Below are positions 56,550-64,000 of a DNA stretch of 64,000 nt, piece after piece. Every line of letters begins with the position of its first letter. Positions within the stretch are counted from its first letter, which is position 1. Both the position numbers and the translations under genes were made by a program. The stretch spans positions 99,758,001-99,822,000 of the forward strand of contig OX597818.1 of assembly GCA_951406725.2 (NCBI GenBank), written 5' to 3'. The notes under the pieces are model-generated. The model was given only the letters and a program-made list of their open reading frames with translations. It was not told where the DNA came from and did not search any database. Origin of the DNA: Octopus vulgaris (lineage: Eukaryota).

Positions 56550-57796
56550 ACGAGAGAAAGAGAGAGAGAAGAAGAGAGAGATGCACTATAGCGTTAGTCA
56601 ATTTCCCAGCGTATTCCATATCTGAGTAATATGTGAAGAAATACTAAAGCTAATTCAAAATCGTATTCCTCACCTTTGCGTCTCCTTAAATGTTCCTTTT
56701 AACATGTTCTTTCTCCTGATATTAGCGTTTCTCTTGCTGCGCTATAATTTTCCTTCGGTTATTTGCTTCTTCCGCGCGATTAAACCTTGATTTAACGTAA
56801 AGTCAGCTGGAAAGGATTGCTGTGATCAGATCACAAAACAAACACTCTCAGCTGTTTTTTTTTTTCATTGAATACAAATGACTTTAAGTGAGATTATCAT
56901 CAATGAAATGCTGTTCTTTCTTAGGACATGGCGTAGATAGGGTTAACTAATGAAAGGCGGAAAAGGATAAAGATCATTTACAAACAGCAGGCAAACATAA
57001 CTACAAGGATTATGTTAAAATTCTGCAAAAAAAAAAAAAAAAGAAACAACGTTATGTAGAGACGTTTTCCGTTGTTTACACTGCTTCAAGTATTTCAATG
57101 AACTAAAGAAATGAAAAAAATAAGAGCATTGATTGTATGAAGTAAAGCAGAACCTTTTTAAGTAATATGAAGACCAGAGGTGTTTGATTAAAATATTAGA
57201 TGTTTCTGATATTTGAATACAACCGCAAAACGACATTTTATATCTCTTCATTTTGAATGTAGTACTCGAGGTTGAATGAGAGCGCGATGAGTGAAAATGC
57301 CTTTAAGAACAAATATGCATCAGAAAATAACATATAAGTACAAAGATGCATATATAGACGTATATACAAATGTATGATACGCTTACTGACACATGTTTAG
57401 AATTAAACACTTGCATATATATTTGTCTGTGTTGTAGTTTGTGAATTTCGCTGGATAAAGACAAGACTGAAGGACCTATTCTAAGTTTGATATTAAGCTA
57501 TTGACATTTTGAAAAGACTTGTATGTTTGGTTTCAATAAAGAACGTGTTGACAGGAATAAAAAGTGAGAGAATAAAGGGATTTATAGGACTATATCTATC
57601 CTGTAGTTTATTACTTTGGAGCAAATAATCACGAGAGAAAAGTATAAAAGTATCGCTCTATTTCAAGTTCAAAGATAACAAGATTATATATACATACGAA
57701 TGCGTGCATATATATATATATATATATATAAATAGTCTTCATATGTATGTATATACATTTATACATATCTGCTTATATATATATATATATATATAT

Positions 57797-58003
57797 AGTT
57801 AATCCAAACAAGAAAGTACAAAAAAACACAACAACGCGAGGACGTGAAACAAATATAGTATTATTGGACGCTCAGGAAAGAAGGAAAGAAGGAGGGTTTA
57901 ACGTTTCGAGCGGAGCTCTTCGTCGGAAGCATAGGAGAAGGAAAGATCCAGAGAAGGGAAGACAGAGGAAAAAAATCGCCAACGGTACACACGCGGTCAC
58001 ATA
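57797..58003 (-). mobile_element. ~200 bp non-coding hammerhead element inserted in (TA)n
   Basis: A unique purine-rich insert between TA tracts, with an architecture parallel to 61683-61875. Confidence 0.7.
57895..57931 (-). ncRNA. Minimal type I hammerhead motif (U4C variant)
   Basis: Minus strand GCTT-CCGACGA-A-GAGC-TCC-GCTC-GAAACGTT-AAAC: stem II GAGC/GCTC and palindromic AACGTT. Confidence 0.65.
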
Positions 58004-58051
58004 CATGTATGCTTATATATATATGTATATATGTATATATATATATGTATG

Positions 58052-58083
<32 letters not shown>

Positions 58084-58114
58084 TGTATGTATGTATGTAT
58101 GTGTGTGTGTATAT

Positions 58115-58308
58115 GTTTGTCCTCCCAACATCGCTTGACAACCGATGCTGGTGTGTTTACGTCCCTGCAACAATAGCGGTTCGGCAAAAGATAGTATAAG
58201 TGCTAGGCTTACAAAGAATAAACTCTGTGGTCGATTTGCTGGACTAAAGGCGGTGCTCCAGCATGGCCGCAGTCAAATGAATGAAACAAATAAAGGAATA
58301 AAAGAATA
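58115..58308 (+). mobile_element. Family B SINE 3' half
   Basis: GCTTGACAACCGATGCTGGTGTGTTTACGTCCC...AAAGGCGGTGCTCCAGCATGGCCGCAGTCAAATG matches 32479-32630. Confidence 0.85.
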
Positions 58309-59929
58309 TTTATTTATATACTCACATATGTACGCGTGTAGATATATAAACACATGTATTTATTGACTTACGCCAATACAGACAACATGCCCGCATATAT
58401 TTGCATTTGTTCATCTCTGTCGTGTCTGATGTTGGGGCGTCGCAGATAGATAGATTGATATTTATCAGAATATTTCAAAAACATTATCCCAAGTTCTAGT
58501 TACCTGCCGTCAGCATACGTGGCAATGATATAGTAAAATATGAATAAGTTAAAGACAGTGAGCAAATAGATCCATATCACGTACAAATGTAAACGCGAAT
58601 TCCTTGTGGAATTTAACAATTTCTCTATTAACTGGTCCATTTTCTTCTTTCAGTGTCACTACATAACTTATTTCTGTTGGACGGTCGACCGGTACTAATG
58701 ATTATTTTGAACTGATATAGCATCGAAAAATACTAGTATAATAATTGATTGTTTATGCATAAATATATACATGCACACCCATCTAGACTCAATATACCAG
58801 CATAAACTAAGTACAAATAGAACCGAAAAGATATACACATTTATAGATGTAAATTATAAAAGAGAATAAGCAAGTTTTTCAAACAAAAATAAACAAAGAG
58901 AAGAGATGATAAACATTCTAACTTCAAAAGTATTCAATATGGCTACCGATATTTGAACTAAAGGAAGCTACAGATATCTCTAAATTTGGCAGTTCGGTGT
59001 TTCTATGGAAGTATCGTAGAAAAAAAAAAGATGAAACCATTTCTGTTCTTTCGATTTTCTTTGTTAAGTTTTCTATGATAGATACGTAGATACATAGATG
59101 CATGCATACATGTGTATTACTAATAACAATATTGGCGTATGTATGTAAGTGTAAATATGTATATATATATATATGTATATTTACTTACGTCTATATATAT
59201 ATGTGTGTGTGTGTGTGTTTGTGTATATGAATATGTATGTATAGATACATATAGATATATATGCATATATAGTTATATATATATAGATGCACAGACACAC
59301 ACGCACACACACACACACATATGTATATATATATATATAAGTATGTATATGCTTATACTCATACATCCGTATAATAATACGTGTGTATAGGTATTCTGAA
59401 ACAAAAAATAACAAACTATATATCTAAAATGCCTAAGGTCGAATATATATCAGAATGTCAAGCAATGGAAATTGAAAATAAAAATATAAAGTATGGATAT
59501 ATCAGTAAAAGTATGGATATTAAAAGTCACTTATGAAGAACGTATAATTTTGGATAACTCTGTCCCTCTCTTTATCACTTTGTTCAATTCTCCTTATTAC
59601 CACCACAGCACAAATTAGGAATTTTAAAACACCGTTTCCCACTTAATAACAAATTAGATAATTGGTGTTAAGTAGTGCAGAAAGTAAGATGATATTTGTT
59701 CTGGAATTTTTTGCTTGCTGAATGTTTCGGAAAACGATGTTATTTCAGACATTAGTTGACTATCAGCGGAATTGACAGCAATGAAACACTTATAATTGTA
59801 AGTATGAATTTTACTTTGCCTAATAAATCGATTCTCATCAATTACATTCTGAAACAGTTTCCTTAGAGGGTAGTGGGCGAAATGTGGCAAAAAAATAAAT
59901 CACGGCGGAGGGAAGCATTTTACAGAACC

Positions 59930-60365
59930 ACACGCACACATACACACACATATATACACACACCAATCCCACACATACACAGAAAAATACACTCATGTAC
60001 ACAGACATATACAACCAACCACACACACATACACCCTTACACAGATACACAGACATCCTCCACCCCCACACACATATACAGACATACACACACACTTACA
60101 CACATACACACGCATACTCACATACACGCATATACATACACATACACACATACACACATACACACATACAGATACATACACCCATCATACATACATAAAC
60201 ACACACATACAGACACATACACTCCCACATATACACACATACACACACAGACATACATACACACATACACTCCCACATAGACACATATACATACACACAT
60301 ACACATACCTACACACATACAGACCCATACACTCACACATACGCACACATACACACATACACAAA
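59930..60365. repeat. Degenerate CA/CATA-rich low-complexity tract
   Basis: Read directly. Confidence 0.9.
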
Positions 60366-60767
60366 CAGATATACTCTTAATAAAACAGTTAGGTTCAGCT
60401 CCATATGATTTACAGTTTCGTAGATGCATGCGACTGACCCATGTAATCAGATATCAGACGCGTAAGGGATCTAAGATAAATTCAAGATGGCGTCTAGATG
60501 AAAGGCCTACGTTGGTCAAATCAGGTCGTATTGTGCTAAGTCTGTCGTAGGGACACCTAATGAAATGGAAAACAGCTGTTGTCGCTTCCACAGAATTAGC
60601 ATGAACGGGACGAGAAGGAAGCATCCATTTCTTCGCAGAAGGTGGTTTCAGTCAAGGTATTTCTGGATGCTAGATCCAGCACAATTCCCCTACGTCCATT
60701 TGCCCAACATTTATATATGACACACAGAATTTATAACAAAAAGGATATTAGTGAATTATCCACAATA

Positions 60768-60953
60768 GGGGCAGGAGTGGCTGTAGGCGCAGGAGTGGCT
60801 GTGTGGTAAGTAGCTTGCTAACCAACCACATGGTTCCGGGTTCAGTCCCACTGCGTGGCATCTTAGGCAATTGTCTTCTGCTATAGCCCCGGGCCTGACC
60901 AATGCCTTGTGAGTGGATTTGGTAGACTGAAACTGAAAGAAGCCTGTCGTATA

Positions 60954-61004
<51 letters not shown>

Positions 61005-61178
61005 ACGTTTGTGTGTGTGTGTATGTTCCCCTAGCATTGCTTGACAACCGATGCTGCTGTGTTTACGTCCCCGTCACTTAGCGGTTCGGCAAAAGAGACC
61101 GATAGAATAAGTACTGGGCTTACAAAGAATAAACCCCGGGGTCGATTTACTGAAACAAGTAAAAGAGTAAAAGAGTAA
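60768..61178 (+). mobile_element. Family B SINE with duplicated first 18 nt and a 3' internal deletion
   Basis: GGGGCAGGAGTGGCTGTA precedes GGCGCAGGAGTGGCTGTG. The body matches 32251-32656 but lacks the GACTAAAGGCGG..CAAATG segment. Confidence 0.9.
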
Positions 61179-61368
61179 TATGCTTTAAAGCAATATAGGG
61201 TAATATTTTCAACAATGATTATCAGTAGTTCATTGTTTTTTGTACTAATATATGGATATTTTCTTACATATAGGAATACTTACACGCAGATACACTCAGA
61301 CATAATAACACGCACACCCACACGAGCACATATATATGTATGTGTAAATATATATTTATATGCAGAAA

Positions 61369-61415
<47 letters not shown>

Positions 61416-61682
61416 GTTTGGTTTTTTTCTATGTACGTATTACATTCAAAATTCCATTAAAAATAAACGAACGCTGTTATAGTGGATTTTAATTTAGTCT
61501 GAGATATTGATTCCCTGTTTAGATTGTCTATATTGTATAGGGAATTACCGTGTCTGTTTGCAGAAAGGGTTTCAAAATATCCATTAAACATGGAAGGAGA
61601 AAGGACATAACGTGCACCCATTACAAGCACAAACATATGTGGGTGTGTGTATACGTATGCATATAAATGTATGTATATATAT

Positions 61683-61875
61683 ATTCGCCATGATAGATTG
61701 CTAGCTACTGCACATTCTTTATTTTCTCTCCTTGTTTGTTTCTGTGTTCCTTTCTGTGGAAGACCGTAGGCTCGAAACGTTAAATACTTTTCCCCTTCCC
61801 AAGCGTTAAACAAATACATCGGTATATTGCCTACACCACCTGTTTTCTTCTTTTTTTTTTTGTGAATTCTCCCGA
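61683..61875 (+). mobile_element. ~190 bp non-coding hammerhead element inserted in (TA)n
   Basis: TA-flanked, with its terminus shared with 22523-22592. Confidence 0.65.
61750..61784 (+). ncRNA. Degenerate minimal hammerhead motif
   Basis: CTTT-CTGTGGA-A-GACC-GTAG-GCTC-GAAACGTT-AAA. It is collinear with 57895-57931; core A6 and one stem II base are altered. Confidence 0.5.
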
Positions 61876-61975
61876 TATATATATATATATATATATATAA
61901 CTCTGTGTGTGAGGAATGGTTTCTTGTGTGCATGCGTATGCATATATCCATTAAATCTCTCCCCTCTCTCTGTAA

Positions 61976-62024
<49 letters not shown>

Positions 62025-62194
62025 GATATATATGTATATATGTGTTTCTACATATGTAAGTATATCTTGGCACAGAGATTTGGGGAAACTAACAAATATA
62101 GTGCAAACTTCACTCTAATACACTCGCATAATTACGCATATCATATTGATACATACATTCACTTATCTGCAAAGGAAACTTTACAAATATACAT

Positions 62195-62525
62195 AAATAC
62201 AGTTCTATATTTAAGAGATGAGGAATTATGTACATTATTTACATTATATACATTTGCCGGGTATTTGTCCTCATCTTGTTTGTTGTTAACACACGAGCAT
62301 ATCGGCGGGCTACTAAACCCAAGATTCCGTGTTCAATTCCAGGCAGTAATAATAATAATAATAATAATGATAACTTCGACAAATACCTTAGGCATGAGAA
62401 CCCAGGTTCGAAATTTCCTCAAGACACCCGACGAAGGCTGGATGGTATATCAGCCGAAACGTTGTGTTAACAACAAACAAGATGAGGAAAAATATCCATC
62501 AAAAGAAAATAATGTGCATAAATAT
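62195..62525. mobile_element. PLE-terminus-like element with an inverted terminal duplication
   Basis: 62262-62293 is the reverse complement of 62463-62494 (31/32), and looser pairing continues to about 62226/62523. A hammerhead lies immediately inside the right arm. Confidence 0.75.
62423..62468 (+). ncRNA. Minimal type I hammerhead motif (U4C variant)
   Basis: GACAC-CCGACGA-A-GGCTG-GATGGTATAT-CAGCC-GAAACGTT-GTGTT: 5 bp stem I, 5 bp stem II and palindromic AACGTT. Confidence 0.75.
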
Positions 62526-62599
62526 ATCCACTTTATAAATATACACAACTATATCCGCACAGACGCATACATACAAACGTGTGTCTATACATACATACA

Positions 62600-62671
<72 letters not shown>

Positions 62672-62959
62672 TACGATACAAATGGGATGATTATTTTTGA
62701 TATGATCGCAGAAACGCCGTTAAGACAATAGAAATATTGGGTAAATTACTCTTACAAAGCGGAAAAATTTATAAATAATCAGCCATGGGATTCGAACACG
62801 CATATATGCACGTATATGTGTGTATGTATGCGTGAGTACTTGTATCCTTCCTTTTCATCCTCTATTCATGTTTTTCTGACGAAGGACTAATATGGGCAAC
62901 ATCAAATAGCTAGACTAATAAAACCTTTGTGTCAAATTGTCTTCTATCTTTCTCATTCG

Positions 62960-63070
62960 TTATCTCCCTCCCCTCCCCTCTTTCTCTGTCTGTCTGTCTG
63001 TCTGTCTCTGTTTCTCTGTCTGTCTCTCTTTCTGTATCTCTCTCTCTGTCTTCTCTCTCTCTTCTCTCTC

Positions 63071-63118
<48 letters not shown>

Positions 63119-63135
63119 TTATATATATATACATA
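62960..63135. repeat. Polypyrimidine (TC)n/(TGTC)n tract
   Basis: Read directly. Complementary purine tracts occur at about 16239, 53020-53185 and 56500. Confidence 0.9.
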
Positions 63136-63671
63136 CGTATATATACATAAACTTACTATTTCATAACTAGGGCTAGATATTTTATCTATTAATTCGGCTT
63201 GATTAATATACAGACTCACAGTTACATAAACGTATATAAACATATACAAGTGTGCAATTCTGAGTTCATGACATTCACGAAACGTGTATTCCTTACGATA
63301 TGATAGTACATACACCGTACTGTACGTTTTCTACCGAAAGGTCGATAAATTAAGTACCATACACATCTACTTTGTGTACTTGATATGACTGAATAAACCG
63401 ATGGTGAGAGAACATCACAATAGTCGCAGTCAAATCATCTAAACCATTAAGAGATTAGTGGACTAAAATTATTCTCTTTTGTGCTGTATATCTTCCACAC
63501 GCTCTCTCTTTTCATGTACACACACACGCATATATGTATGTAGTTGATGCACACGAATAATATGGATATATGCGCGGTTCCCTCTTCTGATGCCAGTTTT
63601 TACAAAGGAGATAATAATAATTATATACCTACATGCACACATACGTGCACACAAACGTACGTGCATATATG

Positions 63672-63692
63672 CATATGTATCTATAATATTCA

Positions 63693-63732
<40 letters not shown>

Positions 63733-63755
63733 CATGAATATTATAGATACATATG
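63672..63755. repeat. Near-perfect palindrome centred on (AT)n
   Basis: CATATGTATCTATAATATTCATG (63672-94) is the exact reverse complement of 63733-55, and the spacer is (AT)n. Confidence 0.9.
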
Positions 63756-63942
63756 TATGTATATACGTATTTATATATGTTTATCTATATATTTATACAT
63801 ATATATGTATATACATACACATGCAAAGACACACTCACACACACACATATATACATGTGCGTGTGTGAACGTGTGTGTGTGTGTATGTAATGCATATTAA
63901 TAAATATTTATGCATAACTCTCTCTATCACGCATTCTCTCTT

Positions 63943-63982
<40 letters not shown>

Positions 63983-64000
63983 GTATAAGAAACGATGATA

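Overview
Eukaryotic, very AT-rich, microsatellite-saturated non-coding DNA, most likely an intron or intergenic region of an octopus (coleoid cephalopod). That assignment is inferred from the tRNA-derived SINE families and simple-repeat density and was not searched. I find no supportable intact host protein-coding gene; nearly all ORFs in the track are translations of (TA)n, (CA)n, (TATC)n or trinucleotide tracts, or of SINEs. Three retroelement coding relics are recognisable: an I-group-type LINE 3' end with a CCHC knuckle and (CAA)n tail (17732-18386, +), an R4/Dong-type LINE C-terminus next to (TAA)n (19866-20222, -), and a Penelope-like (PLE) GIY-YIG endonuclease fragment (49330-49652, +). 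There are also three tRNA-derived SINE families in many copies and one hAT-type MITE. The main unannotated signal is self-cleaving ribozyme motifs. Eight type I hammerhead-like motifs plus one half motif lie in at least five different short elements, nearly all embedded in or abutting (TA)n tracts; one sits directly downstream of the GIY-YIG relic. One HDV-like fold (10949-11126) sits at the 5' edge of an orphan RTE-like leader. All folds and alignments were made by eye.
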